32,000 nucleotides of DNA from Nanobdella aerobiophila (lineage in GTDB: Archaea > Nanobdellota > Nanobdellia > Nanobdellales > Nanobdellaceae), in assembly GCF_023169545.1 (NCBI RefSeq), contig NZ_AP019769.1, forward strand, positions 330,001 to 362,000. Direction: 5' to 3'. Position numbers and translations under genes: made by a program. Positions 8,296 through 16,597 of the stretch are shown one piece after another. The first letter of the stretch is position 1, and each line of letters starts with the position of its first letter. Below the pieces are notes generated by a model that was not told the DNA's origin, did not search any database, and saw nothing but the letters and a program-made list of their open reading frames with translations.

Positions 8296-8742
8296 TCAAT
8301 ATTTTTGGCATTCTTCAGACAAAATATTATATGCTTTATTAATAGTAGCATTTAATCTGTCCTTATTTAAATTTTTATTGATATAACTCAATATACACAT
8401 TATTGTATAAGAATTTTCTCCACTAACTAAATCTTTTATAAACTTAATATAATAATCTTTATCATCAGCATATCTAAATATTTTTGAAAATATATTTAAT
8501 AATAAAATCTTATTTTCTTCATCAAATTCACTATAATTATCACATATTATTTTATATACATCTTTTATATAATTAGGAGATGATGATATCTCTTTTAGAA
8601 AACCTTCAATTATTTTTCTATCTTTATTACTTTTAGATGCATTTAAAATATCTTCCAAAGATTTTTCCATGTACTCTATATACTCTTTATCCACAAATTT
8701 TCTCTCTAAAATACCCTTACATTTACTATCTATAAATGTCAT
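8296..8742 (-). CDS. hypothetical helical protein
   Basis: 148-codon ORF, 6 nt downstream of the 280-aa ORF on the same strand, so probably co-transcribed. I recognise no family. Confidence 0.5.
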   Translation of the reverse strand: MTFIDSKCKGILERKFVDKEYIEYMEKSLEDILNASKSNKDRKIIEGFLKEISSSPNYIKDVYKIICDNYSEFDEENKILLLNIFSKIFRYADDKDYYIKFIKDLVSGENSYTIMCILSYINKNLNKDRLNATINKAYNILSEECQKY

Positions 8743-8747
8743 AATTA

Positions 8748-9590
8748 TTAATTCAATATCTCATTTATAAAGTATTTTAATAAAAAATATGCAGATTTAC
8801 CCTCCATATTAAAATTTTCTGGATCTAATACCTTATTAATTTCTAAAAATATCATAAATAAATCTCTAGCCCAGGCAGTAAATACTTTTTTTCTTTCTAA
8901 ATCCATGAAACCATATGGGTGTAATATCCTAGAAAGATTGGAATATAATTTTAACATAAAATTAGGATCTCTATTAATTGTCTCATACGCTAGTGATATT
9001 AATGCTCCTGCTTTAGGCATAGCAATAGTAAAATATTTTGCTTTGGAATTACAAAATGAACATTTAATATTTTTATCTGGTCTTATATTTAAATTTTTAT
9101 ACAAATATTTTATTTCTTTTGAATAATCATTCCATTTTAAATGATTCTCACATACTGGTTTTCCAGCAAAATATATGGTATATTTATCTATTTCTTTTTT
9201 ATCTATATATTTCTTTATCTTCCCTAATGCTTCACCTCCATATCTTATTACATAACCGTCATCAACCATCCTATGCCAGTCCTTGTTTTTTAATACTTTT
9301 TTATATATATTTGTAGCATTTTTAATTAATATAGATAAAGAATATCTTTCTAGTATAAATCTATTTATCCCTTCTGCAGGATGTAAATATCCTAAATAAG
9401 CATTTTTATAACCTATTTTTAATGCTTTTATTATATCCTTATACAATGACAAATATTTAATATACTTTAATTCATAAACTATTATCTTTTTAGTTATTTT
9501 AATAAATTCTTTATCAGAATTTGGAACTTTCTTGATTAAATCAACAGTTCCAGAAGTAGTATATAAATATTTTAACAGTTCTTTATTCAT
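8748..9590 (-). CDS. hypothetical protein with a CxxH...CxxC motif
   Basis: 280-codon ORF. It contains PVCENH...CSFCNS, a possible small zinc site, and a helical C-terminal part (LSRILHPYGFMDLERKKVFTAWARDLF). I recognise no family. Confidence 0.55.
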   Translation of the reverse strand: MNKELLKYLYTTSGTVDLIKKVPNSDKEFIKITKKIIVYELKYIKYLSLYKDIIKALKIGYKNAYLGYLHPAEGINRFILERYSLSILIKNATNIYKKVLKNKDWHRMVDDGYVIRYGGEALGKIKKYIDKKEIDKYTIYFAGKPVCENHLKWNDYSKEIKYLYKNLNIRPDKNIKCSFCNSKAKYFTIAMPKAGALISLAYETINRDPNFMLKLYSNLSRILHPYGFMDLERKKVFTAWARDLFMIFLEINKVLDPENFNMEGKSAYFLLKYFINEILN

Positions 9591-9643
9591 ATAATATTAT
9601 TTCATCCTTAAATATTTAAAAAATAAACTAAAAATATCATATT

Positions 9644-9982
9644 ATGGTAAAATTTTTAATAGTATTAAAATCTTCAGATCATCTAGATATAAAAACAGGA
9701 TTAAATATTGCAATAAATTTAAAGATTAATGGAGCAGAAGATGTAAAAGTATTATATCTGGGACCAGCAATATCATTTTTAACCAAAAAATTGGAAAATG
9801 AACAATTTAATGAGCAAATAAATAAAATAAAAAATAATAATATAAAATTATATGCCTGTCAAAAATCTATGGAAAATTATGGTATATCAAAAGATAATTT
9901 AATTTATGTAGATGAAGTTAATATAGGCTCAAAATTAATGCTTGATTATTCAGAAAAAGAATATAAGATCTTAATCTTTTAG
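9644..9982 (+). CDS. DsrE/DsrF-like sulfur-relay family protein
   Basis: 112 aa. The architecture (MVKFLIVLKSS...GLNIAINL...GAEDVKVLYLGPAISF...LYACQKSMENYGI...) resembles the DsrE fold, with the conserved Cys in the xxCxxS..xxGI context. Confidence 0.55.
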   Translation: MVKFLIVLKSSDHLDIKTGLNIAINLKINGAEDVKVLYLGPAISFLTKKLENEQFNEQINKIKNNNIKLYACQKSMENYGISKDNLIYVDEVNIGSKLMLDYSEKEYKILIF

Positions 9983-10344
9983 AAATTAATTATATCTAAG
10001 AAGGCTTTATCCATATTATCTAAAATTTTATTATTTATATTATATTCCTCTCCTATCTCAGAAGGTAATTTATATAATAAATAAACTTTATTATTATCTT
10101 CATATATTGATATTCTTAATGGTAATTCATAAGATATCTCTATATTATCCTTCATAAGGAGAGTTCCTGCTTTTGGATTTCCAAAATATATGACAACACA
10201 CCTATTCATGTCTAACTCAACTTTATTTGCATTTTCTTTATGATCTATTCTAAAGAAGATTATGAAACCCCTATCCTTCAATTTATTTTCTAATTTGTTT
10301 ATCGTATCATCAAAGGTATATCTTGATTCTAATTTATGGATCAT
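9979..10344 (-). CDS. DUF302 domain protein
   Basis: The segment F..IDH...A......M.RCVVIYFGNPKAGTLLMKDNIEISYELPLRISIYEDNNKVYLLYKLP matches the DUF302 pattern (FGNP..GT.LM....+.LPL+). Confidence 0.8.
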   Translation of the reverse strand: MIHKLESRYTFDDTINKLENKLKDRGFIIFFRIDHKENANKVELDMNRCVVIYFGNPKAGTLLMKDNIEISYELPLRISIYEDNNKVYLLYKLPSEIGEEYNINNKILDNMDKAFLDIINF

Positions 10345-10418
10345 AAGATTCCTTATTTTCTTATATTTTTTAAATTAATGATAAAGAAATTTATATTATT
10401 TAAAATCGATAGAATAAT

Positions 10419-10997
10419 ATGTTATCGGAAGGATTCGAATTATTAGAAAAAAATGGGATAAAGGTGCCGGAATTTTGGACTAATAATATACCGATACATG
10501 TAAAGTTCCCTGTAGTTATAAAGGCCGATATAAACCATAAAACAGATAAAAATGCTGTAAAATTAAATGTATATGATTATAAAGAACTGGAATTATATTA
10601 TAATAAATTTAAAAAAGAATTTCAAAAAGACGTAATTATTCAAGAACAAATTATTGGCGATTATATAGAAATTATATTGGGTATAAAAAAGGATATAACA
10701 TTTGGAGATATTGTATTAATCGGTCTAGGAGGTATATATACTGAATTATTTAAAGATTTTATTATACTATCATTCCCTTTTGATATAAATATGCTAAAAG
10801 AAAGGCTAAAGGACTTAAAATATTATAGAATATTGGAAGGATACAGAAATAAAAAAGGGATTAATATGGATATACTATATGAAAATATAAATAAACTATA
10901 CTCAATATTTAAAGATAAAAATTTTAATGAACTAGAAGTCAATCCACTACTTATAAATGAAAAAGAGGCTTATGCAGTAGATATACGATTTTTCTAA
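10419..10997 (+). CDS. acetate--CoA ligase (ADP-forming) beta subunit-like ATP-grasp protein
   Basis: The protein is colinear with archaeal ACD beta subunits as remembered: GIKVPEF..., FPVVIKADINHKTDKNAVKLNV, EIILGIKKDITFGDIVLIGLGGIYTELFKD, YRILEGYRNKKGINMD, ELEVNPLLI...AYAVDIRF. Confidence 0.75.
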   Translation: MLSEGFELLEKNGIKVPEFWTNNIPIHVKFPVVIKADINHKTDKNAVKLNVYDYKELELYYNKFKKEFQKDVIIQEQIIGDYIEIILGIKKDITFGDIVLIGLGGIYTELFKDFIILSFPFDINMLKERLKDLKYYRILEGYRNKKGINMDILYENINKLYSIFKDKNFNELEVNPLLINEKEAYAVDIRFF

Positions 10998-11887
10998 AAA
11001 TTAAAGCCTGTACCGTTATCTAATACTTGTAAGAAATTCTCTAAGAACTTAATCGTATTATCTACCATAGATCTTAAATTATTATATTCTTTTACAACGC
11101 CCAAATCTTCTGTATAATTGTTTGGAGAAAAATCTAGATCTCTATCATATTCTTTTGATGATCTTTCATGCAACATTAATACTATAGTCAATACTAACAA
11201 ATTTCCAAATATATTTAAATTATTTACATTTTTTTCTATTTCTCTCTTTACTAAAGATTTAAACATACCTTGATTTAGTGTATTATTAAATTTAGCTCCT
11301 CCCATCTTATTTAACATATTCATAGCCATATTAATATAACTTTCTAGAATTTCATCTGATAATTGATATTTATTAATATTATCATTTAAACTAAATAATT
11401 TCTTTATATCTTCTGATGATAATCTTACTAAACTTTTTCTATCATTAATATTTTTTAATTTTTTAATAAAATCTTCCAAATTATTTTTATATTTTTCAAA
11501 ATCATCTTTAAATCTTTTTTTATTATCATCATTTAACATTAATTCATACATTCTAGAATTTTGACTAATTAGTTTTTTCATCTTATCAATCATTTTATTT
11601 TTATTTATAAATTCCTCAAATGATTTATACTCTTTTTCTTTCACATCTTTCAATTTCAGTAAAGAAAATAATAAAGACATACTTTTTATAGATAACAATA
11701 GAGCCTGATCTAGATAGTATATCGATAAGGCATAATTTCTCTTATTATACAAATCTTTTGATTCTTCTAGATTTTTCTTAGCATTATCTATTAATTCTTT
11801 ACTATACTCTTTATTTTCTTCTGGAATCTTCTTCATTAATGACTGTGAACCTGTTAATAATTTCGCCATATCAAATATCCCAACCAT
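10994..11887 (-). CDS. hypothetical coiled-coil protein (possible HEPN-like ends)
   Basis: 297-codon ORF. The N-terminal segment AKKNLEESKDLYNKRNYALSIYYLDQALLLSIKS resembles the first helices of HEPN domains, and the middle is K/E/N-rich and helical. The assignment is tentative. Confidence 0.45.
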   Translation of the reverse strand: MVGIFDMAKLLTGSQSLMKKIPEENKEYSKELIDNAKKNLEESKDLYNKRNYALSIYYLDQALLLSIKSMSLLFSLLKLKDVKEKEYKSFEEFINKNKMIDKMKKLISQNSRMYELMLNDDNKKRFKDDFEKYKNNLEDFIKKLKNINDRKSLVRLSSEDIKKLFSLNDNINKYQLSDEILESYINMAMNMLNKMGGAKFNNTLNQGMFKSLVKREIEKNVNNLNIFGNLLVLTIVLMLHERSSKEYDRDLDFSPNNYTEDLGVVKEYNNLRSMVDNTIKFLENFLQVLDNGTGFNF

Positions 11888-11902
11888 TATAATTATTTAT
11901 AA

Positions 11903-13117
11903 CTAAGGTTTAAGAATTTCTAATAATATCTTCGTATCTATAATTAAGTCATTAATATTTATATACTCATTTGGCATATGGGCAGACTCATTATATGTAC
12001 TCCAGACTATTGCATTATATCCCTTTTCTCTTAATATTTTCGCATAGGTACCACCACCTATACCGACTATTCTCGCTTCCTTATTTCTATATTTTTTTAT
12101 TAAATCCTTTATTTTATTTAAAAAATCATTATTATCAATATTATTCAAGATAGATGGATAATCCTTCATAACTATATTCATCTCAACCTTACAATTATAA
12201 TTATTTTCAAATTCTTTTACTACAAATTTTATTGTTTCTAATACCTCATCAATATTATAGTCTGGTAATATTCTACAATCAAAATAAAATGTATAATTTC
12301 CTGGGATTGTATTTATATTATCTATATTTTTTTCAACTTTTGTAGGTTCAAATGTCGATATATCTGGATTAAATATTTTATTTACATTATTATATTTTTG
12401 ATGTAATACTTTATCTAATTCTAATAATAATATAGATCCTAACCTTGTAGAATTTAATCCCAATCCTGGATTACTTGCATGAGCTTGTTTACCAACTATA
12501 TTAAATTTCAACCATAAAATTCCTTTTTCTGCAATCTCTATATTTAAACCATCTGAACTACCTGCATCAGGTACTAATATATAATCTTCTTTCTTAAATA
12601 TGTCTGGATAATTATTTACAATATAATTTAAACCATATCTGCTCCCTGTCTCTTCATCAGATGATAATATAAATCCAAAGTTTATATCTGGAATAATATT
12701 ATTATCTTCCAATATTTTTGCTAATAATATTCCTAAAATTATTGCATTTCCATTATCTTGAACTCCTCTGCCATATAGTATATCTCCTTCTATAGTTACA
12801 TTAAAAGGATCATACTTCCATAAATTAATATCACCTACTGGAACTGTATCTATGTGGGCTATAAGCCAAAAAGTTTTATTTCTATTCTTTCCATATTTAA
12901 TAGCAACAATATTCGGTCTGCTATTCTCTTTTACTCGACTATCTGGTACTTCAATTAATTTTATATCATCAAATAATTCTTTCACAATATCATATAATAA
13001 TCTCGCCCTAGCCCATTCTCCTTCTCCATTATTATCTGGTCCTATTGATTTTATAGGTATAAATTGCTTATATAAATCAATTATATAATTCTTATAATTT
13101 TCAATATTCATAACCAT
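11903..13117 (-). CDS. M20 family metallohydrolase (ArgE/DapE/acetylornithine deacetylase-like)
   Basis: Motifs FWLIAHIDTVPVGD..LWKYDPF, GRGVQDNG and SSDEETGS are present, followed by a dimerisation domain and a C-terminal HMPNEY. Length is 404 aa. Confidence 0.85.
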   Translation of the reverse strand: MVMNIENYKNYIIDLYKQFIPIKSIGPDNNGEGEWARARLLYDIVKELFDDIKLIEVPDSRVKENSRPNIVAIKYGKNRNKTFWLIAHIDTVPVGDINLWKYDPFNVTIEGDILYGRGVQDNGNAIILGILLAKILEDNNIIPDINFGFILSSDEETGSRYGLNYIVNNYPDIFKKEDYILVPDAGSSDGLNIEIAEKGILWLKFNIVGKQAHASNPGLGLNSTRLGSILLLELDKVLHQKYNNVNKIFNPDISTFEPTKVEKNIDNINTIPGNYTFYFDCRILPDYNIDEVLETIKFVVKEFENNYNCKVEMNIVMKDYPSILNNIDNNDFLNKIKDLIKKYRNKEARIVGIGGGTYAKILREKGYNAIVWSTYNESAHMPNEYININDLIIDTKILLEILKP

Positions 13118-13154
13118 ATAAAGACTTTTATATTATTAAATTTTTATTATATTA

Positions 13155-13733
13155 ATGGTTGTTTTAAATGGAGAATCAATAAAAGATTATATAAAGGATT
13201 ATGTTAAAATAAACCAAGCTGGTATAGATGTAAAACCAACCAAAATTTATAGAATACCAATCAAAAAGATTAAATACGCCTTAATAGATGATAATAATAG
13301 ATCTTTTTTCTTTGATCTAGATATTGGATCATATGAAGATCTATTTACAATAAACATAGATGAAAAAAGGAGAAATGAGTTATTAAAAAATTCTATCAAA
13401 AAAATACCTGAAGCATTTACCGAAATAAAACCTAAAAAAGATTATTGGGAAATAAATAAAGGTTATTATTACGCTGTGTTTCCTGAAATAAAGATACCAA
13501 ATGACTGCGTAGCCTTAGCACTACCTAGGAGTACCTTTAATAGGTTCGGAATATTAAAATATGAAAGTGCACTATTTGATCCCGGTTATATAGGAGAGTT
13601 CAGTCAAACTTATTTCTTCCCAATTAAAGCAAAGATAAGTATAAAAGACGCATGGATACAAGTTATATTTATTAAATTGGATAAAGAAACAAAAGAAGGA
13701 TATAGAGGATATTGGTATAATGAAAAATATTGA
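13155..13733 (+). CDS. dUTPase / dCTP deaminase superfamily protein
   Basis: The segments NQAGIDVK..., ALPRSTFNRFGI......LFDPGYIGEFS, AWIQVIFIKL and a C-terminal GYRGYWYNEKY resemble archaeal dUTP diphosphatase/dCTP deaminase blocks (RSS..R.G...+DPGY.G; Q++F). It is longer than minimal archaeal dUTPases. Confidence 0.6.
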   Translation: MVVLNGESIKDYIKDYVKINQAGIDVKPTKIYRIPIKKIKYALIDDNNRSFFFDLDIGSYEDLFTINIDEKRRNELLKNSIKKIPEAFTEIKPKKDYWEINKGYYYAVFPEIKIPNDCVALALPRSTFNRFGILKYESALFDPGYIGEFSQTYFFPIKAKISIKDAWIQVIFIKLDKETKEGYRGYWYNEKY

Positions 13734-14313
13734 AATATTAAATAATATACTTTTAGGAAATATATTTATTATATATTCTTTTTTAATAAGGATCGTAGGA
13801 TATATAATTAGTATAAATAATATATTAATTAATTATATAATATTTTTATTATCTATTATACTATTTATTATAGGATTAAATATATTATATAATAATAAAA
13901 TAAAAAAATTAACTTTAATTTTTCTCATATATATGATATCTTATACAATAATAGATTACAAATTCTATATATCTACCTCAAATTACTTTATCAACCCATA
14001 TATAAATATGTTTATGTATTTATTATATAAGATCTTCTATATTATTTTACTATATTATATTTATTTATTCTATAAAAGAATAGATAAATCTCTTAGAATA
14101 GGTCTATTTAATAATATATTTCTATATATAGCTATTATAAGTAATACAATTAATATATTAAACTTTTATTATATTTATTATCCTTTATTTTATATATTTA
14201 ATAATTCTGTATATATCAGTTTTATATTTTATGTTTATTCTATAATTTTACTATTAATCATAAACAAAAAAATAAATAACACAATAAAATCTATTTCTTC
14301 TGTATCTTATTAA
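13720..14313 (+). CDS. hypothetical multi-pass membrane protein
   Basis: 197 codons forming several I/L/Y/F-rich hydrophobic spans. The start overlaps the upstream dUTPase-like gene by 14 nt. The extremely AT-biased composition lowers confidence. Confidence 0.45.
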   Translation: MKNIEILNNILLGNIFIIYSFLIRIVGYIISINNILINYIIFLLSIILFIIGLNILYNNKIKKLTLIFLIYMISYTIIDYKFYISTSNYFINPYINMFMYLLYKIFYIILLYYIYLFYKRIDKSLRIGLFNNIFLYIAIISNTINILNFYYIYYPLFYIFNNSVYISFIFYVYSIILLLIINKKINNTIKSISSVSY

Positions 14314-15136
14314 ATAAATCAAATATATCGGGTGGTACTACAATTATTTTTTCATTGTTTGAATTCCTTAATATATCTAGAAATCTTAATGCAATGCCAT
14401 ATTTTGCATCTTCTAAAATTTTTGCAGCCTGCATAAAATCTTTTGATGCTTGCAATTCACCCTGTGCTTGTATTACCTTTGCTTGTGCCTCACCTTGTGC
14501 CCTTAATATCTCTGCATCTCTCTGTCTTTCTGCAATTGCTTTTTGGGTTAATGCAGATAGTATTTCCGATGGAATTTCTATATCTTGTATCTTTATATTA
14601 TCTATTATTATACCCCAATCTTTTGTTTCTTCCTGTATTATAGATCTTAATTCTGTAGATATCTCTTCTCTCTTCTGTAATATATCATTTAAATTATATT
14701 TTCCGAATATATCTCTCATATTAGTTTGAGCGTAATTTAATATAGATCTTTGTATATCTCTTATATTCATAATTACTTTTCCTGGATCTATAATCCTATA
14801 AAATATTGTACTTTTTACAGAAACATTTATATTATCGGCAGTCAATAATATTTGTTCTGGTAAATCATAATTTATTAACCTTATATCTACTTTAAAGATT
14901 CTCTGAAAACCTGGTAATACATATATTAGTCCTCCTTTTAATACGCCTGAATAGTAACCTAATGTAAATAAAACTGCTCTTTCATAATTATATACTATTC
15001 TTATTCCCAATAAAGTGTATAATATTATTATTGAAGCTATTATAATTCCAAAAATACCAAAAAATTTAGCTATTAATACAGATATTATTATAAAAATAAA
15101 AAAGATCAGCCATTGCTTTCCATTGCTATATTCCAT
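14291..15136 (-). CDS. SPFH/band 7 (stomatin/prohibitin-like) membrane protein
   Basis: An N-terminal TM anchor is followed by the SPFH core (YERAVLFTLGYYSGVLKGGLIYVLPGFQRIFKVDIRL...LTADNINVSV...) and an Ala/Gln-rich coiled coil (AERQRDAEILRAQGEAQAKVIQAQGE). Confidence 0.9.
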   Translation of the reverse strand: MEYSNGKQWLIFFIFIIISVLIAKFFGIFGIIIASIIILYTLLGIRIVYNYERAVLFTLGYYSGVLKGGLIYVLPGFQRIFKVDIRLINYDLPEQILLTADNINVSVKSTIFYRIIDPGKVIMNIRDIQRSILNYAQTNMRDIFGKYNLNDILQKREEISTELRSIIQEETKDWGIIIDNIKIQDIEIPSEILSALTQKAIAERQRDAEILRAQGEAQAKVIQAQGELQASKDFMQAAKILEDAKYGIALRFLDILRNSNNEKIIVVPPDIFDLFNKIQKK

Positions 15137-15187
15137 AAAGATCTTTTAGTAGATTATATTAATAAAGTTATTATATAAAGTTATTAT

Positions 15188-15451
15188 ATGGAGTCAAAAA
15201 ATAAAGAATCTGAAGAAGATAAAATAGAATTGTTATATGAATCTATAAAACCATATTTAACAAAGGAAGCTATAAGTAGATTATCTAATATAAAAGTAGT
15301 ATATCCGGATAAATTTTCTCAAGTTGTACTGATCATATATCAAAACTTACAAACTGGCAGAATAAATAAGATAGATGAAAATCTATTACTAAAAATATTA
15401 GATCAACTAAGATCTAAAAGAGATACAAAAATTAAGTTTATCCATAAATAA
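15188..15451 (+). CDS. PDCD5-like double-stranded DNA-binding protein
   Basis: The segment YLTKEAISRLSNIKVVYPDKFSQVVLIIYQNLQTGRINKIDENLLLKILDQL aligns with the archaeal dsDNA-binding (MTH1615/PDCD5) family pattern ILTPEA..RL.N+....P.....+E..L+.LAQ.G.+...I.+..L..+L. Confidence 0.8.
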   Translation: MESKNKESEEDKIELLYESIKPYLTKEAISRLSNIKVVYPDKFSQVVLIIYQNLQTGRINKIDENLLLKILDQLRSKRDTKIKFIHK

Positions 15452-16573
15452 CTAATTTAGCATCTTTTCTGGCTTAGATATTTTTTCTGGTAAATAGGTA
15501 TCTGCTACGAATTCTAAAGAATTTGCCGCTAGCGCATCTTGTTCTACTTTTATTTTTAAACTTAGCATTTTTTTAAATTGTCTTTGCCAGTCCTTTGATT
15601 TTTTAAACCATGGATAATTTTGTAATTCATTCAATCTCTTTATATCCCATTCTTCTAACCCTACAACTGCCCCTTTCTTTAATAAATTATAATTTTCTAC
15701 ATCATCCATAGTCATACCAATGTACTTTGCATCAGGGGTTGCTAGTAATTCTGAAAACTGAGAAAGATTCATAGATCCTCTTTTTATTACAGAATATATA
15801 TAATAACCTGCAGGATCTCCATCTGTAAATACATATACGGGCATATTCTTTTCATATCTTAATCTATGAACCAACCTTCTTATACCCCTTGGCGGTTGAC
15901 CCTTTCCAGTTATTAAAATTGCTTTATTCTTTTCTGGAAATCTTTCTTCAATCAACCTATCAAACATTGCTTCTTTCTCTACTACTAGAACATAATCTGC
16001 ATTTATATCTCCAATCTCTACATCTTCTATTGTTGATGGCACACTCCACCCACCGCGTCCTAATTTTGCACAATTCCATTCATCATTTCTTTTTCTATCT
16101 TTTAATATAATATCACCATATATTGCACCCCTCCCTTCAGCTTTTATATGGAATTGTTCTCTAATAGCTTTTATAGCCCTTTCTAGATCTTCAATAACTG
16201 CATCTGATTCTTCTTGTTTTTCAAATGTATTTAAATTTAACATCGGTATTGTATGTTTTAACTGGTAATATACCTCTCTAAGGCTTGCAGTTTTATCTCT
16301 CTCTACTAATTTTTTTGCTAATCCTGCAACTAATAAGGTCTGAGTAAATCTCCGAACATGACCAAGATTAAAAAATTCTCTTGTGCCTACCTTTTCTTTT
16401 AGTTTTATTATATCATACTTTTCATCATATTCTATATTTTTAATATTACCCCTTAATGCAAAGGATATTATAGGATTTCCATCATTAAATCCTTTTAGTA
16501 TATTATCACCTAATTCTTTTATTCTATTTATAACTTCTTTAGGAGAAATATTCTCGATAAATTTACCGGTCAT
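15452..16573 (-). CDS. top6A: DNA topoisomerase VI subunit A
   Basis: Spo11/Top6A family. The catalytic Tyr context is LREVYYQLKH, the Toprim Glu is in VVEKEAMF, and the DxD is in FTDGDPAGYYI. It lies directly downstream of top6B. Confidence 0.95.
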   Translation of the reverse strand: MTGKFIENISPKEVINRIKELGDNILKGFNDGNPIISFALRGNIKNIEYDEKYDIIKLKEKVGTREFFNLGHVRRFTQTLLVAGLAKKLVERDKTASLREVYYQLKHTIPMLNLNTFEKQEESDAVIEDLERAIKAIREQFHIKAEGRGAIYGDIILKDRKRNDEWNCAKLGRGGWSVPSTIEDVEIGDINADYVLVVEKEAMFDRLIEERFPEKNKAILITGKGQPPRGIRRLVHRLRYEKNMPVYVFTDGDPAGYYIYSVIKRGSMNLSQFSELLATPDAKYIGMTMDDVENYNLLKKGAVVGLEEWDIKRLNELQNYPWFKKSKDWQRQFKKMLSLKIKVEQDALAANSLEFVADTYLPEKISKPEKMLN

Positions 16574-16597
16574 AATATTATATTATAATAAATGTTT

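Noticed and set aside
8905-9316. Two plus-strand ORFs (73 aa and 65 aa).
   Set aside because: They are antisense to the longer 280-aa ORF and give hydrophobic low-complexity translations. There is no independent support.
11971-13088. Plus-strand ORFs 11971-12153 and 12852-13088.
   Set aside because: They are antisense to the M20 metallohydrolase gene, which has clear family motifs.
14355-14729. Plus-strand ORFs of 124 aa and 66 aa (14443-14643).
   Set aside because: They are antisense to the well-supported SPFH/band 7 gene. The Cys/Ser/Ala-rich translation mirrors the Ala/Gln coiled-coil codons.
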